Below are positions 13,281 through 28,890 of a stretch of DNA of 64,000 bases, one piece after another (position 1 is the stretch's first letter; each line of letters opens with the position of its first letter). The stretch comes from Selaginella moellendorffii (Eukaryota; Plantae; Lycopodiophyta). The notes below the pieces were generated by a model. That model worked only from the letters and a program-made list of their open reading frames with translations. It had not been told where the DNA came from and did no database searches. A program made the translations under genes and the position numbers. The stretch spans positions 37,064 through 101,063 of the forward strand of contig NW_003314292.1 in the NCBI RefSeq assembly GCF_000143415.4. Direction: 5' to 3'.

Positions 13281-13858
13281 GTTTCAGTTAGTGAAGACTG
13301 ACTACCAAGTCAAGGTGGTCTTGCCAAAAAGCTGGGCAAATTGCAGCAGTTAAATTATAATATGGTGAGACGCTGCATTACGTTTCTCACCAGAACTCAC
13401 CAGTTGGACAATTCAAGCAACCAAATTCTCACAGCCATGCAGTGCATATCAAATATCGCAATCAACACTCTGTGCCAGCAGCCGCAGTAATACAGAGGAT
13501 GCAAGCGTTATCTGGAATCATCGGGCGTAGGTGGCTCCAAGTCCATGCATACAACACTTTTTTCAAGTTCTAGCTAGTCAATTAAACTTTGACTTCTGTT
13601 TTACTTGACTCCCAGTGAAGATCATCGCTTTAATGGCTGTGCAGCGATGGTCTCCGCTCACAAAACAGAAAGTATACTCACTGCTTCAAATCAAAAGAAG
13701 TTTATCAATCAAGTTCAAAGCTCATTGTGGAGCTTGAGGTTGTCATTCAGCATTTGGGGGGTTACAGTGAATAAAAAGCAAACACTAACAACGCTGCAAA
13801 CACTTGCACAGCAAATTATTGTCAATTCTTTTATTTGAAACATGTCCGAAGCCTAGCT

Positions 13859-14263
13859 TCAGTTCTCCACAGCGTTGGGATTTCCAGAGTCCCTGCAATT
13901 CGCACAATAATTCAGTGTGGCCTCGCAATTGCCCCCGTCGAATGCATGGCTTCCGCAGAGTCGGCAAGGCTGGTTGTCATACACATGGAGAAACTGCTGC
14001 TTGAGAACTGCCCCACTCACGGATGGATAGTTGCCATCGCACCTGAAAATTGCGGTGCAATGGCCAGAAACACGAGAAGTGAAGCCATTGTAGATTGTTC
14101 CATCGGTGTAGCGAGAGATTGCTCGCCGGCAATCGGCCTGGTTGACGCGAGATCCACAGAGTCCAGAGCCATTGCAGTTGTCGTTCTTGGCGCAGCTGGA
14201 GGAGCCAAGAAAGATCACAAGAAGAATAGCAAGAAGAGAAAAGAGCTTGAGAGAAGACTCCAT
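13859..14263 (-). CDS. Secreted cysteine-rich KP4 killer-toxin-like protein, 134 aa, intronless
   Basis: Hydrophobic signal peptide and 10 Cys in the mature part. NCNGSGLCG and CRLCGS...ATLNYCANC resemble Ustilago KP4 NCRGSSQCG and CRVCGS...LTVNYVNSC. TATA box upstream. Confidence 0.75.
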   Translation of the reverse strand: MESSLKLFSLLAILLVIFLGSSSCAKNDNCNGSGLCGSRVNQADCRRAISRYTDGTIYNGFTSRVSGHCTAIFRCDGNYPSVSGAVLKQQFLHVYDNQPCRLCGSHAFDGGNCEATLNYCANCRDSGNPNAVEN

Positions 14264-14337
14264 TCGAATATGTTAGAAAGAATGCTGTAATGACGAGCTG
14301 AAGTATGAAGAATGATTTTGCCAATGGAATGGTTTGG

Positions 14338-14346
14338 TTTATATAG
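14338..14346 (-). promoter_or_regulatory. TATA box (CTATATAAA) of the KP4-like gene
   Basis: Canonical plant TATA about 75 bp upstream of the ATG at 14263. Confidence 0.6.
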
Positions 14347-14895
14347 GGGTATTTTGAAGACCGCGTCATACAGTGTTTACATGATCTCTTGATTTTTAAA
14401 ATATTTTCTAATGCAAGAACTTATTTACAATTAGAACATGCTATTTGACTAGACTCGCTAGGCTAGAGATCGTCACAGCTAGCTCATGCGATTGTCCACC
14501 ACGTCGTTCCTGTGCTCCTGTATCAGGTACTTCGATTTTCTTACTTCCACACTGTTCACTGTCCGTGAATTTTCAAAGTATACAATAAGCTGTCTATAGG
14601 CTCTTGAATTCCACCGATTTAAGGCTGAGCCATCCTTTGCAGTTAACAAGTTACGGGATTCATCTACAGATGATAGTTTTGTTGTTTTCCTCGGCTGGCT
14701 CTTCCCCGGGTGCCAAAACGTGACCGCAGTATGGAGTGCTCGAAGAAAAACCCAAAAGTAATTTAAGTACTTCACATCTCTTGGAACTTACAATCCCTCT
14801 AAAATCTTGTTAAATCAGGACAAGGCAAGCTTCATCGATCACTCGCATAAACAGTTCGATAAGAAAAAGAAAGAAACTAAGAAACTAAAATAAGA

Positions 14896-15455
14896 TTGTT
14901 TCTTCTAGCCTTTCTCGTTGTAATCTGTCAGCTGAATTCGTGCCATGCGCCACCAGGTGGAGTTTTGGTAACAAGGAGACTGAGACGAGCTATACGTGCT
15001 TCATTTCAGGCTGGAAGAAGGCTCGAACTTGTCCTGGGTGAATACGTCAATTTTCTAGTGTTTAGTAGAGCGTTTAGGGAGGATGCGGGTGTTTTCACCG
15101 TACGTCCAATGCGGTAAGATACTGGAAGAGTTGGTGGATAGACAACATTAGTATGGTCATGTTAATATTGTTCTTGAATATATTCAAATTGATCAAATCC
15201 AAGATCCTGATGAATGAATAATCCAACTTCTCATGGCTTAAATCGTTTGATGATGACAAGTATCATAGTATCATCAAAAGCTTCATGGGTTTGACAGTGA
15301 TATAAAAGATTGATAGGTCTATACAACATCACTAATCACTGTTCATACTTGCTCAGTGGAAACAGCTTAACCTTAGCTGATCATTCTTATAGGTTGACAG
15401 TGCAAAAGATCTCATACTACAGAATCCGAGGGGAATAATTAAATGGAACTCGGGA
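14896..15455 (+). pseudogene. Decayed copy of the secreted unknown-domain/B-lectin chimera
   Basis: FLLAFLVVICQLNSCHAPPGG...FSRAFREDAGVFTVRP and downstream YTTSL, GNSL..AD.SYRLTVQK pieces match the 27970-28890 gene. Stops and deletions present. Confidence 0.8.
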
Positions 15456-15550
15456 AATGTAATGTTCATAATGGAGTTTAGTTATTTTAATAATGAGTTA
15501 CAGCAGAAACCATTGTATTTTTTTAAAACATGACGAAAGTCTCAGTAGCT

Positions 15551-15655
15551 TCAGTTCTCCCCAGCGTTCGGACTTCCAGAGTCCCTACAGCTGGAGCAAT
15601 AGTTCAGTGTGGCCTCGCAATTGCCCCCATCGAATGCGTGGCTTCCATAGAGGCG
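15551..15655 (-). pseudogene. 3' fragment of a second KP4-like gene
   Basis: Translates RLYGSHAFDGGNCEATLNYCSSCRDSGSPNAGEN*, nearly identical to the C-terminus of 13859-14263. The 5' part is absent. Confidence 0.88.
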
Positions 15656-16097
15656 AACTTTAGTTTTCCTTTTCTTGTTTACTATTTATAAGTTCTCTCA
15701 CATTATATATTCTACAGATCTTTTTAGATATTTTCCTCCATGTTGGTGAGACATTGATACAAGTTATTTCAAATACTCTCCTCTTACTAAAGACTTACTG
15801 CTGTCACATTTGAAAGAGATCAATACTGTGTTAGTAAACTGGGCTTAACATCCAGCTTTTGGAATATTAAAAGATTAAAAGAGACCACAAAAACAAAATG
15901 GCCATGGAGAACCTTACACTCCACTGATCCAAAAAACAGCAAAAGAATGGATTGAGCGAGCAAAAGTTAGTAAATTGAAACATAGAGAGAACGAGAGAGA
16001 CGGAAAAAACACAAAGAAAACGTAACTGTGGAGCCGTGGAGATGCTTGCCATCTCCAACCATCGTGTTAAAACGAGAACGCCAAAAGGGAGCCTCTC

Positions 16098-18176
<2,079 letters not shown>

Positions 18177-18819
18177 CTCCTCCCTTGTTCTTCTTCTTCT
18201 CTCCTTTCTCTCGGCCGCTCTAAAGAAACCCTAAACCCTGTGTTGTGCTCGCATTCCCATTCCAATGCAAATCCACCGCCCTGCGAGTGATTCTCCTCCC
18301 TTCTCTCGATCAAGACCGGAATTCGCGATCTTTCTTGCGGGATTCCCACGTCTCTCGTCCCAGCGCCCCAGAATCAACCAGCGCCCGCCGCGCGTCTTAC
18401 CTGGCGAGTGTCTCTGCCCTAGAATCGAGCTCGTTGGAGCTCCGCCTCCACCATAGCCTCCCTCCTCTTCCCTTCTCTAGAACAAGGAATGAATGAGAGA
18501 GAGCTCTCGCCACAGCCGTTGGATCGCGGATCCGACGTACGCTAACTGGCCGCGTCGCAAAACCGGCGAGCCGAGATCACTATTAGGGCTTGCGTCTCTC
18601 TCTTTCACTTCGCCGTGTCGCGAGGGTTTGCATCGTAGCGAGGTAAGTGAATTCCGGGGCGGCGCCGGCTAGATCACGCGCACTGCTCGCGAGATCTCTC
18701 GCGAGAGCATCGATTCGCGATCGTCGGGAGGCAGCAAGATTTAGGGATGAGCGAGCTCTCAGGTAGATTTGCTTGAGCTCGGGAACAAAAGAGTGAAAGA
18801 ACAGCAAAGAAAAAGGATA
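18177..18819. promoter_or_regulatory. Probable bidirectional promoter and 5'UTRs between the two helicase genes
   Basis: 643 bp between the divergent ATGs, with telo-box AAACCCTAA at 18226 and TTAGGG at about 18583 and 18741. Candidate 5'UTR introns on each side (18220-18400 minus; from 18643 plus). Confidence 0.6.
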
Positions 18820-21165
<2,346 letters not shown>

Positions 21166-21406
21166 GAGACAGGAGAAGAAGGATTAGATTTTTGGTGCGC
21201 GCGGGACGGTAGCGTCAGTGGAGTGGAAGGTAGTGAAGCAGAACTAATATACGTTTTGATCTCGGCAGCCAAAAGGTTTGATTGATAGGAGAAGAGGACG
21301 GCAAAATAATCTGGCAAAGTTGTGTGTAGACTGGAAATGAAAGAGCTCTTTTTTCTTCGACGTCCTCTATTTTTTTTTTCTCGCGATGAAGTTGATTTGT
21401 ACAAGA

Positions 21407-23330
21407 TTAATCTGATGAAAGCCGGCCTTCACAGTGCCTGTTGTTGGATCGAGATGAGCCTTTCAGGAACTTGGAAGGAAAAGTTTCGTTTACCTTTTGT
21501 TAAACTTGTCAATAGCGTCCGAGGCCACTAGCAATGTGTCACTGGCTTTCTCGAGTACCACGTAGAGCTCGTGTCCAGCACGGGCTCTAGCGGAAACCCA
21601 TGCATTGTTTTTCGTTCGCAAGCAGAGCTCCTTGTCTGTGTGATCTGATCGATTCTTCTCCTTGTCGAGTTCTCCTCTCACCTTGTTCAAGACTGCCAGA
21701 GATTCCTGCGAGAAACATCTCTGTCACGAAAAGGATGAGAAAAAAAAAAAAAAACCCACCTTGGCCAACGTAGCAACCTTGTTCGGAGGTGACGCTTTTA
21801 TAGTTCTTCTACTCAAGTCGTGGTGCATGTAGCGGTATCCAGGAACATGCATTGCATTACTCCCACCCCACTGCTTCGTGAGCTTCTCTTCGAGCACTTG
21901 GATTTTATCGGCCTTGGAACACAGCAAGAGGTCAGTGATCAGCCACTAACTTGTAAAAGAAAAACAACATAGAAACTTACCTGGTCGATGATTTGTTTCC
22001 TCAGAAGTGCCACCGATTCGGCACTCGGGATAAACATCAGCAAAGTTAGCGCCCTGTGCTGATAAACACAGAGATATGTCATCTTCTCTCCCTCTTGAAG
22101 CCAGACACTAGGAATAACTGCGCCACCGCCGGGACCATCAGCACCCCAAGCAAAACTAGAGAGAAAGCCGTCCACGTCTTGCCACCAAGCGTCATGGTGG
22201 AGCGGCTGCGAGACGGTTTGCTCGTGTAACGAGGACACCGAACGCTTGGGCTCTGTCACAAACGTGGACACGACGCTGTTTAGCACCGAGTGCCGAGTAT
22301 ACGACCTCTTGGACCCTTGAGCGAAAGATTGCGAGACGACTGATGGTATCATGCGCAAGACAGCATACGTGTACATTGCCATTGTGTCAGCCTGAGAAAA
22401 AAAAAGAGCACACTCTAGAATCAAATCGGCGAAGAAACTAAAACTTACCGGTAAAAGCGTGCTGGATATGAGATAGTTGTGAAAAAGAACCATCGACTGC
22501 TGAGGTACTCCACTCCACGACTCCAAGAGACCCAGCAAGGACTTCAACCAAGATAAGGTAACTGATCAGGAACAGAGATGTCAAGAAAAAACCAAAAGCC
22601 TACAGAAATCAAATGACTAAAAAGTTTTTTTTTTACCTGGCACTCGAGAAGAATGTCGGGCTCCACCGAGAGAATCCTCACAGTCGCATGCTCAGCGAGC
22701 GAATCCGAGATTGTAGGAAGCCACAAAGTCTTCCCCGCCATCATATCTGCATAATAACTCTCAATAAAAAAGAGAGAAAAAGGACCAGCACTTACCTCCA
22801 ATATAGTCGGGAACGAACACATACAAGCAATTGCGAACAACGTCGGCGACTGGATTATTCTCAAGGCGAGATGAGATCTTCCCATAGAACAGCCTGAAAA
22901 TACCATACAACTCCCTGAGTAAGCTTCTATAAGCACCATCTCTGGTTACTTGGTCGCCATCTTTCTCGACCACCTTGAAGCACAAAAACAAAGCAAATAA
23001 CATAGAAAGGAAGCCTTCGTTTTGTCCTTACCAAAATCATCCAGATATCTGGCTCGCATTCGTAGAAAATGTGGCCGTGCCTCTCGGCCTCCATGAACTC
23101 GCAAGGACTATCGGGGGAAAATATCCTGGTAGAGGAAGGAGGCCGAATTCTAAGCAGGGCGAGGCGAGGGAAGAGTGATCGTACCTGGAGAATGTGATGA
23201 GGCCCTCGCTGAGGCCGACGAGGGAGAGCTGGGAGGGGAGCGGGCAATCGAGCGGGTAGAAGAAGAGGACCTTGTCGAGCTCATGCCCCTCCTGCTGGCC
23301 TCGCCGAGAATCGAAAACGCAGAGCTGCAT
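21407..23330 (-). CDS. CCZ1: Vacuolar fusion protein CCZ1 homolog (Mon1-Ccz1 Rab7 GEF subunit), multi-exon
   Basis: N-terminus MQLCVFDSRRGQQEGHELDKVLFFYP...SLVGLSEGLITF, then FYECEPDIWMILV, HVPGYRY, ASPPNKVATLAK, KNNAWV, ELYVVLEKASDTLL. Last exon RHCEGRLSSD*. Confidence 0.9.
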
Positions 23331-24096
23331 AGCGCCTCTAAAGCCCTAAAAAAGCCCTATGGCATATTCTTGGTGTTTGTCAACCTCTTCCTTCCGTTTA
23401 AAGCATAAAGGAAGAACAATGTGTCTTACAGAAAGGGGCATTAATCAGTTTTCCATTAAGGATTTTAAATGTAATTAGGTGAGCATTTCATTAGTGGGCA
23501 CTTATGAATGATTCTGGTGCGGAGTTCAATTCTCGGAGTGCCCCTTGTTTGAAAGGTGTTTAGCACTGACTGATTTGTAGGTCAAATCAGACTTTTCTTT
23601 GGTATACAAAGGTACAGAGGAAAGACAAAGCTGGCTTGGGCTGACTTTGTCTCAGTGCTAAAGTAGAAAGCCAGGATGGAAAGCAGTATCCAAAGAAAAG
23701 GAACCACTAAGGGGGAAGAAATGGGACCCTTGCCGGTGCGATTACTTTCAAACACGTCTGAGTGGCATGTCTGCACGAGCGCCTGGATCCTGCCTTATAA
23801 GTCCGCGGCATGGATCCCCCAAGATTTCTGACGCTGCAAAAAATATCTTCCTGCACCCACACGAACGGGGATTAGAAGAACATCTCATCCCGTTGATCTC
23901 GTTGATCTTGATCCAGACACAAAACAGGTCTTTGCTTTGTTGCACACACAAGTCAATGGAAAGCTTCACATTCCGATCTTAGGAGAAAGATTCAAACTGG
24001 GAAAGAATGAGAGAACTGTGCACCTACCTACTTATCCAAGACACAAGCCAAAATTGCTGGGAGCGAAGAGAAAAATGAGAAGAACCTGTTGAGTGT

Positions 24097-24119
24097 TGTG
24101 TGTGTGTGTGTGTGTGTGT
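24097..24119. repeat. (TG)n microsatellite
   Basis: About 11 TG units. Confidence 0.9.
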
Positions 24120-24128
24120 CTCCCCTTT

Positions 24129-25148
24129 TCATTGCGCGTTTGTGCTCTGGGACTTGCATTTCTCGACCGGGTACTTGACCGCGTTCTTCTTGAGCTTGCT
24201 GAGTGCCGCCTGGCCGAGGTCCACTCCACACACATCGGCCAGCCGGACCAAGTAGAGCAGCACATCCGACAACTCTTCCCCGAGGTGCTCCTTCTCGGCC
24301 TCGTTCCAGTCCGGGAGCCCCCGCTGGACTTCGCCTTTCCATTGAAAGATCTCGGACAACTCACCCACCTCGCCAACCTGAAAAAAAAGGAGAAGAAAAG
24401 ACAATGGCTAAAAGTTTGGTACTAATCAATCGCGCTCCACTCAAGCATCCCAAACACCACAAGGCCAACGTGAGGAGCAAACACAGAGCGGCAAAACTGG
24501 CAGGCGACCCAGCCAAAGAGAGAAAGAAGAAGAGAAAGGAGAAAGGAATAAATAAAAGCGATCGCTCCATCCCATCCTCAGAACAAAGAAGAAGCAAATG
24601 AGAAAAATATGTTCTCCAAAAAGCGGACAAAACCACCCAAGCTCCAGGCACCCCCATTGACATTTATGAGCGAGGGTCGATTCGCTCTAGAGCTAGAAAA
24701 CAATGCTCGCCTGGCCAGGGGCCATCGCCAGGGACACGGGCCTCCCAGCCAGCGCAAGCAGCAACAGTGCAGTCACACAGGTCACAAATCAGAGACATTC
24801 TCTACAATCAAGGCAGGAACTCTCCGTGATCGATCGGAAGAAGAGAAAGAAAGCATTTAAAAAGCCTCTCGCCATCAGGCAATCGAGAGAAAGAGGAAGA
24901 AATATTTTCGAAATATGTCCGAAATATTTCAATCGCTAATCGATCGAGCGCTCTCTCGGGGCAGCGATTCTTACCAGCGCGAGCAGGAGATTGCGGGGGC
25001 TGTGGAACTGATCCCAATCGCGGACGCGCGCAAACTCCTGTAACTTGGACCTCAGATCCTGGAGCGAAACGAGCGACGCATCGGCAGCGCCCGGGGGATC
25101 TTTCCTGCCGCCCCCATTCATTGCGCAACTCCACGAATCGGCATCCAT
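24129..25148 (-). CDS. DCTPP1: dCTP pyrophosphatase 1-like (MazG-like all-alpha NTP pyrophosphatase). Exons 25148-24975 and 24377-24129
   Basis: FARVRDWDQFHSPRNLLLAL|VGEVGELSEIFQWKGEV...GEELSDVLLYLVRLADVCGVDL..KNAVKYPV; 597-bp GT-AG intron. Confidence 0.92.
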
Positions 25149-25543
25149 GGCGAAATATTTCGCCCGCGCTCTCGCCTAGTTCTAGAGGAAAAACCAAGCG
25201 CCAATGCAAAGAAAGAAAGATTAGGGCGTAATACGACCTAGACCATTGCTACAAACGTGTCGACAAGATTCCCCTCCCCAATCATCCGATCCTCCAATCA
25301 GGTTTCTTCCCACGCCTTTGAATTTACTTTGACAAGCGTGACTGCGAATTTACCGCGGCGCGTACGGCAGCTGGGACGATGCTGGTACAACAAACTGGAG
25401 AATAATATAACACCTAAACTTATGGTGTAATACACAAGGACGAGAATGTATCAATCAATCAATCAATCGCCTTGAAGTTATGCAATGAAGGAGCGTACGG
25501 GTATGATAGTAACAAGACTAAGCATTATATAAGCATGATTATC

Positions 25544-26300
25544 TTAGAGAGATTTCCAAACAAGTGTCCAAGTAACCAAGATTCTCGATCACGGATATGC
25601 CTCTCCTCTAGATCCAAAAATCACCAAATTCCCATTAGCTAGCAGGCAATCGGAGCCTTTTCTCTATGTTCTCGAGTTGGGACTCTGTAGCACGAGATTG
25701 CAATTGCTTCGCATTGTCCACTTATAAGAACTATCAGCCGAGATTAAGCTGTTTCCACCCAGCAGATGCGAGCCAAGAGCGTTCTAGAGCCACTGATTAG
25801 TGATGTACTATAGACCCAACAATCTTTTATATCGCTGTCAAGCCCATGAGGCTCAAGATCATCAAACTTGTGATTATCAAGATTTAGGCGACGAGAAGCT
25901 GTAGAGCAAAAGCTGGTTAGGAAGTTCGAGCTGATAGTCAATTCCAATATATTCAAGAACAATATCAACACGACAGAACCAACGTTCTTGATCTACTAAC
26001 TCTGTCGCACATATCCAGTATATTTTGCCGTAGGTTTTGGCCAAAAACTCTTTGGATCGATGATCCATGGTACACACATCCTCTCGTAAAACACTCTACT
26101 AAACACTGATGCTCACACACGTATTCTGTGCAAGCATCACGATAAATTTCAACAGCCCGAAATGAAACTTTATCACGTATATGTATCCTTTCTACCATGG
26201 TTCTTACTTGAGCATACCATACAAGAGTCTCATTCTAAAAATCCCATGTGGTGGTGCATAGAGCTGAGAGATTAGAATGAGAGCTGCTAGAAGAAACGAA
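25544..26300 (-). pseudogene. Frameshifted copy of the secreted unknown-domain/B-lectin chimera
   Basis: GQNLRQNILDMCDR, DSDIKDCWVYSTSLISGSR and VWKSL* match 27970-28890. Several frameshifts and deletions; the upstream region is also duplicated (26340-26408 vs 29003-29069). Confidence 0.88.
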
Positions 26301-26409
26301 TTGTCGCCGAATAAAAGTGGCTGAAGTTTCGGAAAACTAACTGAAGCTCTATTTTACCTGCAAGCACATAAAAGGCAAGGACTTAAAGCTAGACTGTTGT
26401 TTCCAAGCG

Positions 26410-27600
26410 TCAGGAGAAAACTTTTTGGAGTTGGAGTTGCAAGGTATTTCTTGGAGCATTCACCCACGGAGTCCCAGGGATTGCAAATCTCCATAATGCG
26501 GTCAGTGCATATTCGATCCCCACCCTCAGCCAGAATGCATATTCGATCTCACCTCCGATGACAAGAATGGCATCAGGAGAAGAACCATCTCGAGAATCAA
26601 ATCTCAAGACCACCTGTTCGAGAAGATCTCTTGGAGCAAGCATCACGTAACTTAGCTCATACCTGGAAGGATGACTCGACCATTGAGTAGTCAATCGAAG
26701 ACTTGTCAGATCTAAAAAGGTCACGAACCTGGTGTGACAGATCTCCTTAAACTGGAGAAACTGTAAAGAGATTCTCCTGTAAGCGCCCGATCTGGCGTGA
26801 AAGTCTTAAAGCTGATGAAGCTCACAAATTTAAAATGATCTGATAGGAATGAATGAGCACAGCGGCAAAATAGAATGTAGGTATATTAATAATAGTTTTG
26901 CGCCCCGCTTGAAGCATAAGACCACAATGCAATAGATGCCAATGGAAATCTTTCCTCTTGTCTTCAGTCTTGAATACCTTTCACCAATGCCAGCACTTGT
27001 GACCACACGAGAAGCACGCCTCCCGAGAAGCACTTGCGCAGCCTGAAAACCGTGTCTGGGAGGGCGTTACGTCTCCTTGCAGCAGCACTGCAAACCAGTC
27101 AAGGAGCTCAACATGAAGCGGCTTAACACCGTGATCTTTTGCAAGATCAACGCGTAGCAGACAAGTTAGCCACTGGCAGTGACTTGACTTTACCTGAGTC
27201 CAATGAGGTATGCCCTCCTTGTCCAAACTATACAAAGAAGAAAAGCAAAGAAGCTTTGGAAGAAGAATTTCACCGGGCACGCAACGGGTAGTTAAATTCT
27301 AGAGAGGAAAAAAAATGAGGAAAAGCTCACACCTCGTTTATTTGGCAGAAGCTTTCCCAGCAGCCGTGGCGCAAGACCCACCGCGTCACACTCGTAGAAT
27401 GATTGCTCCCGGATTGGAGCTTCTCTTGGGCCATGCCAATCCACTTCCCTTTGCGATGCTAGAGGTACCTTGTACTCCGACCGAAGGTTAGGGTGCGCGC
27501 TAGTACAAACTTTGCTCGCGTATGGCGAGAGCGCCGGTGCTAGGCAGTGCATGGCGCCATGGCGAAGGTGGAGTGACGGGTGGATTTCGTGTTGAGCCAT
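26410..27600 (-). pseudogene. DNA-3-methyladenine glycosylase (MPG/AAG family), diverged or decayed
   Basis: FYECDAVGLAPRLLGKLL, LTTQWSSHP, RVGIEYAL..LWRFAIPGTPWVNAPRNTL. I could not find an intact catalytic ETEAY segment. Confidence 0.7.
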
Positions 27601-27969
27601 TTCTCAGTGCCAGGGCCAGCCCAAAATGTTTCGTTCTCATGGTTTCTAGCCTGCGCTTCAGGGCGGGTGTGCTTGGAGATTAACTACCGTCGTGTTATTT
27701 ATTCTAACAAAGAAGAAAGCTTCATGAGCAACCTGGTTCACCAGGTGGCTCATGACAATGTGGATGTGAAAGTTATTTTGTTAAACTTTACTGTGATGAT
27801 CTAATTATCAATGTCTACAAAACTAAAAACCGGCATTTTCTTTTGTAAATGAAAAGAAAATTATATGCAGATTTGCGGGCAGCCATGTCTATTGTACGTA
27901 TAAATCTGTTAAGGACGGCCATGTATTAATCAATCAATCAAAATTTTAGGCAATATCAGCACAATTCTC

Positions 27970-28890
27970 TTAGAGAGATTTCCAAACAAGTGTGGCCGTG
28001 TCTGTTCTGTAAATGGCTAAGTAACCAAGATTCTCAATCACAAGAGCGTATAACTTCTTTTGGATGGAGATACTTTTGCTTGACCACGCCTCTCCTCTAG
28101 ATCCAAAAATCACCAATTTTCCATTAGCTAGCAGGATTAAGTAGCAATTGGAGTCTTTTCCCTGTGTTCCCGAGCTCCATGTGATTATTCCCCTGGGACT
28201 TTGTAGTACGAGATTGCAATTCTTTTGCATTGTCAACCTATAAGAACTATCAGCCGAGATTAAGCTGTTTCCACCCAGCAAATACGAGCCAAGAATGTTT
28301 CTAGAGCCACTGACCAGTGATGTAGTATAGACCCAACAGTGTCTTATATCGCTATCAAACCCACCAAGCTTTTCATCCTTGTGATCATCAGATGTATTAA
28401 CCGATGAGATGTTGAAGAACAAAAGCTGGTTACTCTTTGGAAGGTCTAGTTCATAATGAAGTCCAATATATTGAAGAACAATGTCAACATAACCGTACCA
28501 ACGTTCTACATCCCATAACTCTTCTAGTATCCTGTCGCACATATCCAGTATATTTTGCCGTAGGTTTTGGCCAAGCACATCTTGGATCGTTGGACGCATG
28601 GTACAAATACCTGGGGTCTCGTCAAACACTCTACTATACACAAATAAATAGACATTAACAAATGTATTCCTATCAAAAATCACGACAAGTTCCATCGTTC
28701 TTCCAGCCCCAAATCGAACATTATCACGTATATTCCTCACATAGCCTCGTATTCTTTCTACCACTGCTCTTACTTGTTCCACGGTGAGCATATTATGTAA
28801 GGCTCTTATTCTAAAAATCCCATCTGGTGGTGCATAGCACAAATCCAACTGAGAGATTAGAATGAGAGCTGCTAGAAGAAATGATCTCAT
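27970..28890 (-). CDS. Secreted chimeric lectin: signal peptide, about 170-aa unrecognised domain, C-terminal GNA/bulb-type B-lectin domain; 306 aa, intronless
   Basis: ATG at 28890 (MRSFLLAALILISQLDLCYA). C-terminal LGGNSLIS..YRLTMQKNCNLVL....ITWSSGT...CYLILLANGKLVIF...WSS...YALVIENLGYLAIY...VWKS fits the beta-prism II lectin pattern. Confidence 0.82.
   Translation of the reverse strand: MRSFLLAALILISQLDLCYAPPDGIFRIRALHNMLTVEQVRAVVERIRGYVRNIRDNVRFGAGRTMELVVIFDRNTFVNVYLFVYSRVFDETPGICTMRPTIQDVLGQNLRQNILDMCDRILEELWDVERWYGYVDIVLQYIGLHYELDLPKSNQLLFFNISSVNTSDDHKDEKLGGFDSDIRHCWVYTTSLVSGSRNILGSYLLGGNSLISADSSYRLTMQKNCNLVLQSPRGIITWSSGTQGKDSNCYLILLANGKLVIFGSRGEAWSSKSISIQKKLYALVIENLGYLAIYRTDTATLVWKSL

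Noticed and set aside
23582-23982. Short ORFs between CCZ1 and the dCTP pyrophosphatase gene
   Set aside because: No recognisable motif; more likely 3'UTR or intergenic sequence.
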